From: Candidatus Omnitrophota bacterium
Lineage (GTDB): Bacteria > Omnitrophota > Gorgyraeia > Duberdicusellales > 4484-171
DNA length: 64,000 nucleotides
Direction of reading: 5' to 3'
Assembly: GCA_003154195.1 (NCBI GenBank)
Contig: PMCS01000006.1
Location: 17,676 to 81,675 of the forward strand
The notes below the pieces were generated by a model. The model was not told where the DNA came from, did no database searches, and saw only the letters and a program-made list of their open reading frames with translations. Position 1 is the stretch's first letter, and each line of letters opens with the position of its first letter. The position numbers were made by a program, and so were the translations under genes. Positions 1 through 10,258 of this stretch are shown piece by piece.

Positions 1-2
1 TA

Positions 3-338
3 AAAGCGTTCAGCAAGCCGCCGGCCTTGATCGCGCGGGCGATCGAGGAAGGAGATTATAATTTTCTGCAGGCGCTCGACGGTATCGGCAAACAAAAAGC
101 AAAGCAGATAATCGCTTCACTTCAGGGTAAAGTGGGCCGGTTTGCCCTGATAAAAGAAGAAGAGCATTCGTCTCTCGCGGCGCATAAGGAAATCGCCCAG
201 GAAGCGCGGCAGATATTAAAACGGTTGCAGTATAACGCCAAAGAAATAGAAGAGATGATTGATAAAGCGTTAGGGGCGCGCCCGGATATCAGTACCACCG
301 AAGATCTTTTGAATGAAGTTTACCGGCAGAAACATTAA
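3..338 (+). CDS. ruvA: Holliday junction branch migration protein RuvA, 5'-truncated by window edge
   Basis: HhH motif LDGIGKQKAKQIIASLQGK followed by a helical domain III (EARQILKRLQYNAKE); frame is open from the window start. Confidence 0.85.
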   Translation, partial: KAFSKPPALIARAIEEGDYNFLQALDGIGKQKAKQIIASLQGKVGRFALIKEEEHSSLAAHKEIAQEARQILKRLQYNAKEIEEMIDKALGARPDISTTEDLLNEVYRQKH

Positions 339-361
339 ATTTGATAAAAACAACATAAAAA

Positions 362-480
362 GTCAGAGTATCAGGATATCGGGATTTGGGAATTGGGAGA
401 CTGGGAAATTAAGGCTGTCCCTGATTCCCTAATATTCCAATCTCCAAATCCGGATTCCCTGATACCCCAATTTCCTCAAT
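362..480. repeat. Degenerate 8-mer periodic inverted repeat
   Basis: atcaggat/atcgggat/ttgggaat units mirrored by ccctgatt/ccctaata/ttccaatc units; second copy at 8576-8710. Confidence 0.75.
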
Positions 481-483
481 CAT

Positions 484-1389
484 ATGGACGAACCGGATAA
501 TATAATTGCTGAAAATACCGCCGCCGGTAATTACGCGGAGGGCGACAACCGTCCTTCCGGTGAACAGGGCGTCGCGGCGATTGTTTCCTCCGGCAATCCG
601 CCCGTTGCGGGTCACGACGGGGCGGGAAACGATAATAAAGACGCCGGAGGCGCTGAGCCGAAAATATCGCGCGGCGCGTTGAACCGCGAAGATATAAAAC
701 CGATTATCGAATCTTTACTCTTTATCAACGAGAAACCTATCGAACCTAAAGAGATCGTGGGTATTTTAGATATTGACCGCAAGGAGATCGAGCTGGCGCT
801 CGATGAATTAGTCGAGCAATACCGTGGCCGTAGATCCGGGGTATGCATAGTGAAGGTTGCCGGAGGGTACCAGATGTGTTCCGCTCCGGAGAGCGCGCCG
901 TGGGTAAAAAAGATGTACCAGGAGCGCAACAAGCAAAAGTTGTCTTTGCCGGCGCTGGAAACCCTGGCGATCGTCGCTTATAAACAGCCCGTTACCCGGA
1001 TGGAGATTGAGGCGATACGCGGCGTTAACGTTGATAATATGGTGAGAAATTTGACTGAGTTGGGGCTGGTTAAAACTGAAGGGAGAAAGGAAGTTATCGG
1101 CAGGCCGTTTCTTTACATTACGACGCGTAAATTCCTGGAATATTTCGGGCTTAATTCATTAAAAGATTTACCTAAACTGGAAGAATTCTCGGCTATCGTG
1201 GCTAAAGACGGCCTCGCCGGCGGTGACGGCGCGGCATCAGCCCCGGCGGCATCCGATATAGTTAAAGAAGAAGCGGCGGGTAAGGTAAACATTGTTGCCG
1301 CCGGCAATGAGCATGATGGCGATTGCGATGATGAAGATGATGCCGATGACGAAGGCGAAGATGATGCCGACGATAGCGGTGAAGATTAA
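484..1389 (+). CDS. scpB: SMC-Scp complex subunit ScpB with disordered N-terminus and acidic C-terminus
   Basis: IIESLLF, VAGGYQM, LSLPALETLAIVAYKQPVTRMEIEAIRGV, GRPFLYITTRKFLEYFGL. Confidence 0.93.
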   Translation: MDEPDNIIAENTAAGNYAEGDNRPSGEQGVAAIVSSGNPPVAGHDGAGNDNKDAGGAEPKISRGALNREDIKPIIESLLFINEKPIEPKEIVGILDIDRKEIELALDELVEQYRGRRSGVCIVKVAGGYQMCSAPESAPWVKKMYQERNKQKLSLPALETLAIVAYKQPVTRMEIEAIRGVNVDNMVRNLTELGLVKTEGRKEVIGRPFLYITTRKFLEYFGLNSLKDLPKLEEFSAIVAKDGLAGGDGAASAPAASDIVKEEAAGKVNIVAAGNEHDGDCDDEDDADDEGEDDADDSGED

Positions 1390-1457
1390 TGGGACGGAAG
1401 TGGCGATAACTAAACAATAAATAAACACCGTTTTTCATTCGCGTAAGCGAATGACAG

Positions 1458-1596
1458 TTATTTTTTTGCGCAGCAATCCCCGTTGGGGCAATAAAACTTG
1501 GCCTGCCGTAAACGGCAGGACTTAGTTTTATTGATTCGACTACAGCCTCAATCTGCGCTCGCTTGCGCGGTGCTTGATTTTGGCTAAGTCTCATTA
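1458..1596 (+). repeat. Composite palindromic intergenic element (CTCATTA family)
   Basis: Begins tatttttttgcgcag, contains ttcgactacagcctcaat, ends gctaagtctcatta; related copies across the window. Confidence 0.8.
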
Positions 1597-1617
1597 AAAA
1601 ATAAAGGAGGTTGTCAG

Positions 1618-2754
1618 ATGAAGACGTTTTTTGCTTCTGAGTCAGTCAGCGAGGGGCATCCCGATAAGGTTTGTGACCAGATATCCGACGCGGTATTGGA
1701 CGCTGTTCTTTCTAAGGATCCCCGCGGCAGAGTCGCCTGCGAAAGCTTAGCGACGCGAGGCCTTATTTTAGTTGCCGGAGAAATAACAACAAAGTGTTAC
1801 GTGGAAATACCAAAAATCGTGCGCAATGTCGTCAAGGAAATAGGCTATGACGATCCGGCCATGGGTTTTGACGGAGATACCTGCGGCGTAGTTACGGCGA
1901 TTCAGGAACAGTCTCCCGATATCGCGCTGGGCGTTGATACGGGCGGCGCCGGCGACCAGGGGCTGATGTTTGGTTTAGCCGTTAACGAAACCGAAGAACT
2001 TATGCCGATGCCGATTATGTTGGCGCATGGTTTAGTCAAGCGTTTATCGGATGTGCGTAAGGAAAAAATCCTGCGTTATTTAAGGCCGGACGGGAAATCG
2101 CAGGTTACCGTGGAATACGAAAACGGAAAACCCAAACGAGTCGATGCCGTTATCATCGGCGCCCATCATAACGAGAGCGTCAAAACTGAACAGCTTCGCG
2201 AGGACATAAAAAAATTAGTCATTGACCAGGTTATTCCCAAGGAGATGGTCGATAAGGGCACTAAGATCTTTATCAACGGAACCGGCCGTTTTGAAATCGG
2301 CGGCCCCGTATCGGATACCGGAGTCACGGGAAGGAAGATTATCGTCGATACCTATGGTGGTTACGCGCACCACGGCGGCGGCGCTTTTTCCGGAAAAGAT
2401 CCGACCAAGGTTGACCGTTCCGCTTCGTATATGGCGCGTTACATTGCCAAAAATATCGTAAAAGCGGGGATTGCTTCGATTTGCGAAGTGCAATTATCGT
2501 ATTGCATCGGCATTGCCGAGCCGGTATCCGTCAACGTCAACACTTTCGGGACGGCCCAGGTTGATGAGAAAAAAATATCCAAAGTAATCAGGGAGTTATT
2601 TAAATTAACACCCCGCGGGATCATCGAAGAGCTTAATTTATTACGGCCGATTTATACCAAGACGGCGGCGTACGGCCATTTCGGCAGGGAAGAAGAGGGG
2701 TTTACCTGGGAAAATACCGATAAGGCTAAAGAGCTAAAGAAAATACTTAAGTAA
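1618..2754 (+). CDS. metK: S-adenosylmethionine synthetase
   Basis: [33 protein letters not shown]; AGGAGG ribosome binding site. Confidence 0.98.
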   Translation: MKTFFASESVSEGHPDKVCDQISDAVLDAVLSKDPRGRVACESLATRGLILVAGEITTKCYVEIPKIVRNVVKEIGYDDPAMGFDGDTCGVVTAIQEQSPDIALGVDTGGAGDQGLMFGLAVNETEELMPMPIMLAHGLVKRLSDVRKEKILRYLRPDGKSQVTVEYENGKPKRVDAVIIGAHHNESVKTEQLREDIKKLVIDQVIPKEMVDKGTKIFINGTGRFEIGGPVSDTGVTGRKIIVDTYGGYAHHGGGAFSGKDPTKVDRSASYMARYIAKNIVKAGIASICEVQLSYCIGIAEPVSVNVNTFGTAQVDEKKISKVIRELFKLTPRGIIEELNLLRPIYTKTAAYGHFGREEEGFTWENTDKAKELKKILK

Positions 2755-2968
2755 GCGCTGATGATCGCTGCCCTGGTACCCTGAATAATGTATTTAGGTT
2801 CAGGGCGTCCCGCACCTGGATGTTTATATTCAGGGTAACGGGACTGATTGAGAATCAGCTGATAATCGCGGATAGTAAGATTTATCCGGTATTGGTTTTG
2901 GATTATCTGTGATTATCTGATTCCTTTAATCTGCGATCATCTGTGTTACAAAATTAAAACGAGGAAAA

Positions 2969-4231
2969 ATGAAATACGACGTAAAAAATAAAAGTTTAAG
3001 CAAGGCCGGGAAGAAGCGAATCGAATGGGCGTTGAAACGAATGCCCGTTCTGGAATTAATCCGCGCGCGGTTCGCGAAAGAAAAGCCTTTAAAAGGAGTG
3101 ACGCTGGGCGCCTGCTTGCATGTTACTACCGAAAGCGCGGCGTTGATGCTTACTCTTAAAGAAGCCGGCGCCGACGTGAGTTTATGCGCTTCTAACCCTC
3201 TTTCGACGCAAGACGATACCGCTGCGTCCCTGGTGTGGGATTACGGCATAAAGGTATTTGCCAAGCATGGTGAAGACTCAAAGACGTACTATAGCCATAT
3301 CCGGCAAGTTGTTATGGCGCATCCTCAGGTCACGATGGATGACGGCGCGGACGTTATTGCTTTTATCCATAAAAATCACGCGGCTGATAAGAATATCGTA
3401 TTGCCGTGGGCAAGCACCGAGGAAACGACTACCGGAGTCATCCGTTTGAAAGCCCTGGAGCGGGAGGGCAAACTTTTATACCCGATTGTCGCCGTCAATG
3501 ATGCGCATACCAAGCATCTTTTCGATAATCGTTACGGTACTGGCCAATCAACTCTTGACGGGATCATCCGCGCTACCAATCGCTTGATCGCCGGGACGAC
3601 TTTTGTCGTCGCGGGGTATGGCTGGTGTTCGCGCGGCATTGCCCAGAAAGCCAGGGGCATGGGCGCCAACGTAATCGTTACGGAAGTCGACGCATTCAAA
3701 GCTCTTGAAGCGGTCATGGACGGTTTCCGGGTTATGCCGATGAGCGAAGCAGTTAAGCCGGCTGATGTTATTGTGACGGCAACCGGTGATATCAACGTCG
3801 TCGCCAAACCGCATTTTGCGCTGATGAAAGACGGCGTACTTTTAGCCAACTCCGGCCATTTTAATGTCGAGATAGAATTGCCCGCCTTGGAAAAACTATG
3901 CGTGGCGAAACGCGAAGCTAAACCGATGGTAATGGAATATACTCTTAAAAACCGGAAAAAGATTAATGTTTTAGGCGAGGGGAGGCTGGTCAATCTTGCC
4001 TGTGCCGAAGGCCACCCGGCGGAGGTTATGGATTTAAGTTTTGCCGACCAGTCCTTGAGCGCGGAATATATTGTAAAACATAAAGACGTGCTTGCGAAAA
4101 AAGTATATAAAGTCCCCGACGAAATAGATTATAGCGTCGCGGTTTTAAAACTAAAAGCAATGGGAATCGCAATCGACACCTTGACGGCGGAGCAAAAAAA
4201 ATATCTTTCCAGCTGGGAAGCGGGTACCTAA
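2969..4231 (+). CDS. ahcY: Adenosylhomocysteinase
   Basis: SNPLSTQD, EETTTG, KHLFDNRYGTGQS, GHFNVEI, EGRLVNL, GHPAEVMD. Confidence 0.97.
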   Translation: MKYDVKNKSLSKAGKKRIEWALKRMPVLELIRARFAKEKPLKGVTLGACLHVTTESAALMLTLKEAGADVSLCASNPLSTQDDTAASLVWDYGIKVFAKHGEDSKTYYSHIRQVVMAHPQVTMDDGADVIAFIHKNHAADKNIVLPWASTEETTTGVIRLKALEREGKLLYPIVAVNDAHTKHLFDNRYGTGQSTLDGIIRATNRLIAGTTFVVAGYGWCSRGIAQKARGMGANVIVTEVDAFKALEAVMDGFRVMPMSEAVKPADVIVTATGDINVVAKPHFALMKDGVLLANSGHFNVEIELPALEKLCVAKREAKPMVMEYTLKNRKKINVLGEGRLVNLACAEGHPAEVMDLSFADQSLSAEYIVKHKDVLAKKVYKVPDEIDYSVAVLKLKAMGIAIDTLTAEQKKYLSSWEAGT

Positions 4232-4352
4232 CTAACCTAACACTGATTTTCGCTATAGCGAAAATCAGTGTTAGGTTAGGCGACCGAAAAATTCGTTTGA
4301 CAAATTTTTCGGGTGATAGTTATTTTTTTACGAAGTAAAAAAATAAAGTAAT

Positions 4353-5312
4353 ATGAAAATAAAACGTATCGGAGTCTTGACGAGGGATTGCGCCGGCGTA
4401 AATGCCTGTCTCAGGGCGATTGTCCGTACAGCGGCGTATCATAATATCGAAGTCATGGGCATCTTCCGGGGCTATGAAGGCCTGATGAATGACGATATGA
4501 AGATTTTTGACCGCCGTGCGGTTTCGGGAATAATAAATTTAGGCGGAACGATTTTGAAAACTTCCCGCGCGAAAAAATTCATGACCGGCCAAGGCCAGCG
4601 CCGCGCCGTAGCGGTCATCGAGCAGAATAACATCGATGGGCTTATCGTTGTGGGCGGCAACGGTTCGCTTGCCGGGGCGCATGTTTTAGCGGATAAATAT
4701 AATATTCCCGTCATCGGCGTTCCCGCGACCATCGACAACGATATCAATGGAGTGGAGATGTCGATTGGCGCGGATACGGCGATAAATGTTGCTCTCGATG
4801 CATTGGACAAAATCCGCGATACCGCGACATCGCTGGAGCGTATTTTTGTTGTCGAAGTTATGGGGCGCGATTGCGGGTTTATCGCTCTTCGGGCGGCATT
4901 GGCAGGGGGTTGCGAAGATGCTATAATCCCCGAGAAGAAATTCAGTATCGAAAAAATCGCCGAGGAGATTACCGAAGGCAATGTCCGCGGAAAAGTCAGC
5001 TGGATTGTGGTGGTTGCCGAAGGAAAAGCCAAAGCCGGCGTTATCGCCGGGCAAATTACCGGCCTTACGGGATTGGAAACCCGGGAGGTGGTCCTGGGCC
5101 ATATCCAGAGAGGCGGGATACCGACGGCGTTTGACCGGATTTTAGCGGCGCGTTACGGCAATTACGCCGTCGAATTATTAAAAAACGGGGAAAGCGGAAA
5201 GTGCGTTGCGATAAAAAATTATCAAATGTCGTCAGTTCCGCTGGCGCAAGCGATTAAGCATAAGGATATTCAAGCTGAAGATTACTATAAACTAATTAAG
5301 TTGTTGACTTGA
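4353..5312 (+). CDS. pfkA: 6-phosphofructokinase family protein with atypical N-terminal loop
   Basis: GGTILKTSR, GGNGS, PATIDND, VEVMGR, LGHIQRGG; the canonical TSGGDAPG reads TRDCAG. Confidence 0.88.
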   Translation: MKIKRIGVLTRDCAGVNACLRAIVRTAAYHNIEVMGIFRGYEGLMNDDMKIFDRRAVSGIINLGGTILKTSRAKKFMTGQGQRRAVAVIEQNNIDGLIVVGGNGSLAGAHVLADKYNIPVIGVPATIDNDINGVEMSIGADTAINVALDALDKIRDTATSLERIFVVEVMGRDCGFIALRAALAGGCEDAIIPEKKFSIEKIAEEITEGNVRGKVSWIVVVAEGKAKAGVIAGQITGLTGLETREVVLGHIQRGGIPTAFDRILAARYGNYAVELLKNGESGKCVAIKNYQMSSVPLAQAIKHKDIQAEDYYKLIKLLT

Positions 5313-5413
5313 TTATTTTTTAAAATACCTTATACCCCCTCGCGTTGCTCGGGGGTAATTCGATTACAGCCTCACTGAGCGTGACATACACGCTCGTTCG
5401 GCTAAATCTCATT

Positions 5414-6823
5414 ATGATTTTTAAAAACGAAGAAGAAATTTTTCAGGAAGGTATCGTCGCTCAGGATAGCGGCAAGCTTGTGATCAAAGACCGGGATGTC
5501 TTTTGCGACCGGTTTATTGACGATATCGCCGACACTCTTGTTTTGAGCAATTCACGGGACACCAAAAGCGTATGCTATTGGATTGCTTACGAAGCGGCGT
5601 TGCAGTTTGGCATTTTTCCTTCTTCGATGCAGGGTCTTTATGAAGCGCGAGGCAGGAACGAGGTGGGCGGTTTTACCGTTCCGGCGATTAATTTAAGGAC
5701 GCTGGCCTATGATTTATCCCGGGCGGTATTCCGGTCGGCTAAAAAAATTAACGCTTCCGCCTTTATTTTTGAAATTACCCGGGGTGAAATTAATTATACC
5801 GAGCAGACGCCGGAGGAGTATTCAAGCGTTATCTTGCTTGCCGCGATTAAGGAAAATTACAGCGGCCCGGTATTCTTGCAAGGCGATCATTTTGAGATTG
5901 ACGCGGCAAATTATAACTACGATAAGAACCACGAAATCACCGCGATCAAGCAGCTGATTGAGGAAGCGGTCGGCGCCGCGTTCTATAATATCGATATTGA
6001 TTCCTCAACTTTAGTTGAGCTGGCAAAAGAAGATGTCGCCGCGCAACAGAGGCCTAATTATGAAACGTGCGCGTTCCTCACAAAGTTTATCCGCCAGATT
6101 CAGCCTTCCGGTATTTTCATTGCCGTGGGAGGCGAAATCGGCGAAATCGGCGGTAAGAATTCTACGCCGGAGGAATTAAACGTTTTTATGCAAGGTTATC
6201 TGGCTTGCCTTGAAGGGGTTAAGGGGATAACAAAATTGAGTATCCAAACCGGAGCGGTCAGCGGAGGAATCCCTTTACCGGACGGCGCCATCGCCAGAGC
6301 AAATATTGATTTCCAGATTCTGCGTGAGCTTTCGGAATTGGCCCGGCGCCAATACGGTTTATCGGGGTGCGTCCAGCAGGGCGCTTCTACCTTGCCCAAC
6401 GAGGCATTCCATAAATTTTCCGAAGTAGAATGTTCGGAGATACATTTAGCGACGCAGTTTCAAAATACCGTTTACGATTACCTGCCGATTTCCTTAAAAG
6501 AAAAAATTTATGATTGGCTGCACGATAACTATGCCCATGAACGCAAGGCCGGCCAGACCACCGACCAGTTTATCTATGTAACGCGTAAAAACGCATTCGC
6601 GCCGTTTAAGAAAGCTATTTTTTCTCTGCGCCGGGATTTAAAAAATCGAATATCAAAGGCGATGGAAGAGGAGTTTGATTTTTTGTTTGAGCAACTGCGG
6701 ATTAAAGATACGCGTACCATCGTAGAAAAATATATTAAACCCGTGGCCATTGAAAAAAATAAAGAAGATTTTACTTACGAAAAGGTTGGGCGAGATACGC
6801 CCGCCGAGCCGGAGTCCGAATAG
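5414..6823 (+). CDS. Class II fructose-bisphosphate aldolase-like protein with degenerate metal ligands
   Basis: [33 protein letters not shown]; ATG at 5414 preferred because the upstream extension lies in a repeat. Confidence 0.8.
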   Translation: MIFKNEEEIFQEGIVAQDSGKLVIKDRDVFCDRFIDDIADTLVLSNSRDTKSVCYWIAYEAALQFGIFPSSMQGLYEARGRNEVGGFTVPAINLRTLAYDLSRAVFRSAKKINASAFIFEITRGEINYTEQTPEEYSSVILLAAIKENYSGPVFLQGDHFEIDAANYNYDKNHEITAIKQLIEEAVGAAFYNIDIDSSTLVELAKEDVAAQQRPNYETCAFLTKFIRQIQPSGIFIAVGGEIGEIGGKNSTPEELNVFMQGYLACLEGVKGITKLSIQTGAVSGGIPLPDGAIARANIDFQILRELSELARRQYGLSGCVQQGASTLPNEAFHKFSEVECSEIHLATQFQNTVYDYLPISLKEKIYDWLHDNYAHERKAGQTTDQFIYVTRKNAFAPFKKAIFSLRRDLKNRISKAMEEEFDFLFEQLRIKDTRTIVEKYIKPVAIEKNKEDFTYEKVGRDTPAEPESE

Positions 6824-6897
6824 AGCGTCAGAATGATTTAGCTTTGACACTTTGCCGCTATGACGCTTTGCCGCTATTAATTATAGGGGGAGGAACG

Positions 6898-8562
6898 ATG
6901 CGCTCCGATAAGATTAAAAAAGGTTTAGAGAGGATGCCCAATCGCGCGTTACTGTACGCAACCGGGTTGAGCGCTTCGCATTTAGACCGGCCGTTTATCG
7001 GCATCGCCTCGTCGTTTACGGATCTTATTCCGGGGCATACCAACATGCGTGTTCTGGAGCGCTATATCGAGCGCGGCGTAGAAAACGGCGGCGGAACGCC
7101 TTTTATTTTCGGCGTACCGGGCATTTGCGACGGTATCGCGATGGGGCACGGCGGGATGAAGTATTCCCTGGCTTCGCGTGAGTTGATTGCCGACATCATC
7201 GAAACCGTGGCTGGCGCGCATAGCCTCGATGGCCTGGTGCTTTTGACGAATTGCGACAAGATCACCCCCGGTATGATTATGGGGGCCTTACGCATAAATA
7301 TACCCGTGATTGTGGTTACCGCCGGCCCGATGCTGGCCGGTCATTTTAAGGGGGAACGCAGTCTTTCGCTGATAAAGGGGACATTTGAGGCAGTCGGCAG
7401 GGCTAAGGTCGGACAATTAAGCGAAGCTGACCGAAGGATCATGGAGGTTGAATCGTGCCCCTCCTGCGGGTCATGCCAGGGGCTTTATACCGCTAATACC
7501 ATGGCCTGCATTACGGAAGCCATGGGGTTGTCACTGCCTTATTGCGCTGCGGTTCCCGCGGTTTTAAGCAAAAAAACACGGATTGCCTATGAAAGCGGCC
7601 GGCGTATCGTCGGGCTCGTAAAAAATGATGTGACTCCTTTAAAGATCGTCAATAGAAAATCTTTAGAAAACGCGATAATGGTAGATATGGCTTTGGGCGG
7701 TTCATCGAATACTGTCCTGCATTTAATGGCGATTGCCGACGAAGCCGGGATAACGCTGAAGCTAAAGGATTTTGACCGGATCAGCAAAAAAACCTGTCAT
7801 ATATCGAATATCGACCCGGCGGGAAATTATTTCATGGAAGACTTAGACCGCGCGGGAGGGATACCGGCGGTTTTGAAGCGTTACGGTGATGTCATTAATG
7901 ATAACATCACCGTTTCGGGAATAAATATTAAAAAAATCGCGCAGGGCGCGCATATCTACGACGAAGACGTGATACGGCCGCTGGATAATCCTTATCATAA
8001 AGAAGGCGGAATCGCGATACTCTATGGTAATCTTGCTCCCGATGGCTGTGTGGTAAAGCAGTCGGCCGTCGACCGCGAGATGCTTAAATTCCAGGGCCGG
8101 GCGGTTGTGTTTAATTCCGAGGAACAGGCAATGAGCGCGATACTGGCGGGTAAGATTAAAAAGGGCAGTGTGCTGGTGATCAGGTACGAGGGGCCGGCCG
8201 GCGGCCCGGGGATGCGGGAAATGCTTTCTCCCACGTCCGCGATTATCGGCATGGGGTTACACAAAAATACGGCGTTGATTACCGACGGGCGTTTTTCCGG
8301 CGGGACGCGCGGGCCATGCATCGGGCATATCTCTCCCGAAGCTTCCTCCGGCGGTTTAATCGCCTATCTTAAAGACGGCGATATGATTTCCATCGATATC
8401 CCGCAGCGAAAAATATGCGCCGGGTTAAGCGGCGACGAAATAAAAAAACGTAAACGGTCGATGAGCATTTTGCGGCATAAAATAAAATCAGGATATTTGT
8501 ACCGATACTCTAAAATTGTGACATCGGCTTCTACGGGGGCGGTTTTTAAGCCCGATGTATAG
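6898..8562 (+). CDS. ilvD: Dihydroxy-acid dehydratase
   Basis: [46 protein letters not shown]; GGAGG before ATG 6898. Confidence 0.97.
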   Translation: MRSDKIKKGLERMPNRALLYATGLSASHLDRPFIGIASSFTDLIPGHTNMRVLERYIERGVENGGGTPFIFGVPGICDGIAMGHGGMKYSLASRELIADIIETVAGAHSLDGLVLLTNCDKITPGMIMGALRINIPVIVVTAGPMLAGHFKGERSLSLIKGTFEAVGRAKVGQLSEADRRIMEVESCPSCGSCQGLYTANTMACITEAMGLSLPYCAAVPAVLSKKTRIAYESGRRIVGLVKNDVTPLKIVNRKSLENAIMVDMALGGSSNTVLHLMAIADEAGITLKLKDFDRISKKTCHISNIDPAGNYFMEDLDRAGGIPAVLKRYGDVINDNITVSGINIKKIAQGAHIYDEDVIRPLDNPYHKEGGIAILYGNLAPDGCVVKQSAVDREMLKFQGRAVVFNSEEQAMSAILAGKIKKGSVLVIRYEGPAGGPGMREMLSPTSAIIGMGLHKNTALITDGRFSGGTRGPCIGHISPEASSGGLIAYLKDGDMISIDIPQRKICAGLSGDEIKKRKRSMSILRHKIKSGYLYRYSKIVTSASTGAVFKPDV

Positions 8563-8575
8563 GAATTTCTTTTTA

Positions 8576-8710
8576 GAGGATATTAGGGGATTAGGATATC
8601 AGGATTTGGGGATTGGGAAATTAGTAGTGAACGGTAAAGAGGCGATAGCCGAATATCCCAATACCCTAATTTCCAAATCCTAATTTCCCGATATCCCAAT
8701 TTCCTTAATT
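8576..8710. repeat. Degenerate 8-mer periodic inverted repeat
   Basis: attaggat/atcaggat/ttggggat units mirrored by atcccaat/accctaat/ttccaaat units; same family as 362-480. Confidence 0.75.
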
Positions 8711-8751
8711 TAAGAAGGGAATTGTTTCCTTCGCTGCGGTTCGAAATGTTA

Positions 8752-8780
8752 TTGACAATCGACAGCGCCTCTGTTATTAT
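8752..8780 (+). promoter_or_regulatory. sigma70-type promoter of the mre operon
   Basis: TTGACA-17 bp-TATTAT ending 7 bp before ATG 8788. Confidence 0.6.
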
Positions 8781-8787
8781 TTTCATA

Positions 8788-9840
8788 ATGAAAATATTTA
8801 ATTTTATTTCAAAAGCGATTAACGCGGTGTTGGGTAATTTTACCAGCGATATCGGTATCGATCTGGGTACGGCGACTACGCTTGTCTATTTACGCGGCGA
8901 AGGGATTGTTTTATGCGAACCTTCGGTCGTGGCAATTTATAAAAATACCGGAGAAGTCGCTGCCGTCGGTGAAGAAGCGAAAAGAATGCTCGGCCGGACT
9001 CCGGGAAGCATGAGCGCGATACGTCCGATGAAAGACGGAGTGATCACCGATTTTGAAGTAACGGAAGAGATGCTTAAGTATTTTATAAAGCGAGTAAGGC
9101 CGAAGGGTTTTCATCTGGGAACCAGGATGGTGATTGCCGTTCCCAGCGGTATTACCGAAGTGGAAAAAAGAGCGGTAAAAGATTCGGCGGTGCGCGCGGG
9201 GGTGCGCGAGGTTATCATGGTAGAACAGGCGCGTGCCGCGGCGATCGGCGTGGGCCTGCCGATCGGCGAACCCCAGGGTAATATGATCATTGATATTGGC
9301 GGAGGAACGACGGAAGTAGCCGTAATTTCGCTTTACGGTATGGTTCACGCCCGTTCGATCAGGGTCGGCGGCGACGAAATGGACGAGGCGATCATCGAAC
9401 ATATGAAGAAACACTATAACCTTATGATCGGCGAGCGCAGCGCCGAGGAAATTAAGATAAAAATCGGCTCGGCAGTGCCTTTAGAAGAAGAGTTGACCAT
9501 GGAAGTACGCGGCAGGGACTTGATAACGGGATTGCCGAAATTTATCAGAATTGGTTCCGAGGAAATTCGTGAGGCGTTGAAGGCCCCCTTGAAAGAAATT
9601 TTAGAGGCAACAAAGGTAACCTTAGAGCGTACGCCGCCGGAATTAGCGGCGGATTTGCTGGAACGCGGAATCGTTCTTTGCGGAGGAGGTTCTCTCCTGC
9701 GCGGTATCGATAAGTTGATTTCGGATGAGACCGGCCTGGCATGTTTCGTTGCCGACGATCCCCTGACTGCCGTCGCGCTGGGGACCGGCAAAATTTTAGA
9801 AGATCCTAAATTCTTGACCAAGATTTCCCTCGTGTCCTAA
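8788..9840 (+). CDS. mreB: Rod shape-determining protein MreB
   Basis: [40 protein letters not shown]. Confidence 0.97.
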   Translation: MKIFNFISKAINAVLGNFTSDIGIDLGTATTLVYLRGEGIVLCEPSVVAIYKNTGEVAAVGEEAKRMLGRTPGSMSAIRPMKDGVITDFEVTEEMLKYFIKRVRPKGFHLGTRMVIAVPSGITEVEKRAVKDSAVRAGVREVIMVEQARAAAIGVGLPIGEPQGNMIIDIGGGTTEVAVISLYGMVHARSIRVGGDEMDEAIIEHMKKHYNLMIGERSAEEIKIKIGSAVPLEEELTMEVRGRDLITGLPKFIRIGSEEIREALKAPLKEILEATKVTLERTPPELAADLLERGIVLCGGGSLLRGIDKLISDETGLACFVADDPLTAVALGTGKILEDPKFLTKISLVS

Positions 9841-10164
9841 TCCGGCTCCGCCGGATTAGATGACCGAAAAATGAGCTTCGCGCATTTTTCGGTTCGTGAA
9901 AACTCACACTCTTTCCGCCAGTAAAACACTTCATTAAGATACTTTAATAAGACACTTTAAGTCAGACCATTTTTGTCTTATATAACACACTTTAAGCCAG
10001 ACTTGTTTTGTATCATTTAAGGAAAAAATCAATCTTCTAATTATTTTTTGTTTTGATTTTATTCCTTTTCATTCGTGTTCCTGCCTTGTCGATAAGCCGA
10101 CTCCGTGGTATAATCCCTTGTATAGTGTTACAGGGTGTTAAAAATACTTTAAAAACAAACACAC

Positions 10165-10258
10165 CGCATTTTTCCCTGCCTGCCCTCGGCTTCGCCGCGA
10201 GGCGAGCCGGTAGGCAGGACGCAGCCGGAAAAATGCGTCAAACGCATTTTTCCGGCTT
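10165..10258. repeat. Nested palindromes (cctgcctgcc..ggcagg type plus ccggaaaaatgcg hairpin)
   Basis: cctgcctgcc[ctcggcttcgccgcgaggcgagcc]ggtaggcagg followed by gccggaaaaatgcg-tcaaa-cgcatttttccggc. Confidence 0.75.

Noticed and set aside
1440-1617. SAM riboswitch upstream of metK
   Set aside because: The structured region is a copy of the dispersed CTCATTA element; no SAM-I or SAM-II consensus seen
9900-10010. Iteron-like direct repeats (acactttaag.cagac twice)
   Set aside because: Only two good copies in AT-rich DNA, with no rep gene or DnaA-box cluster; function unsupported
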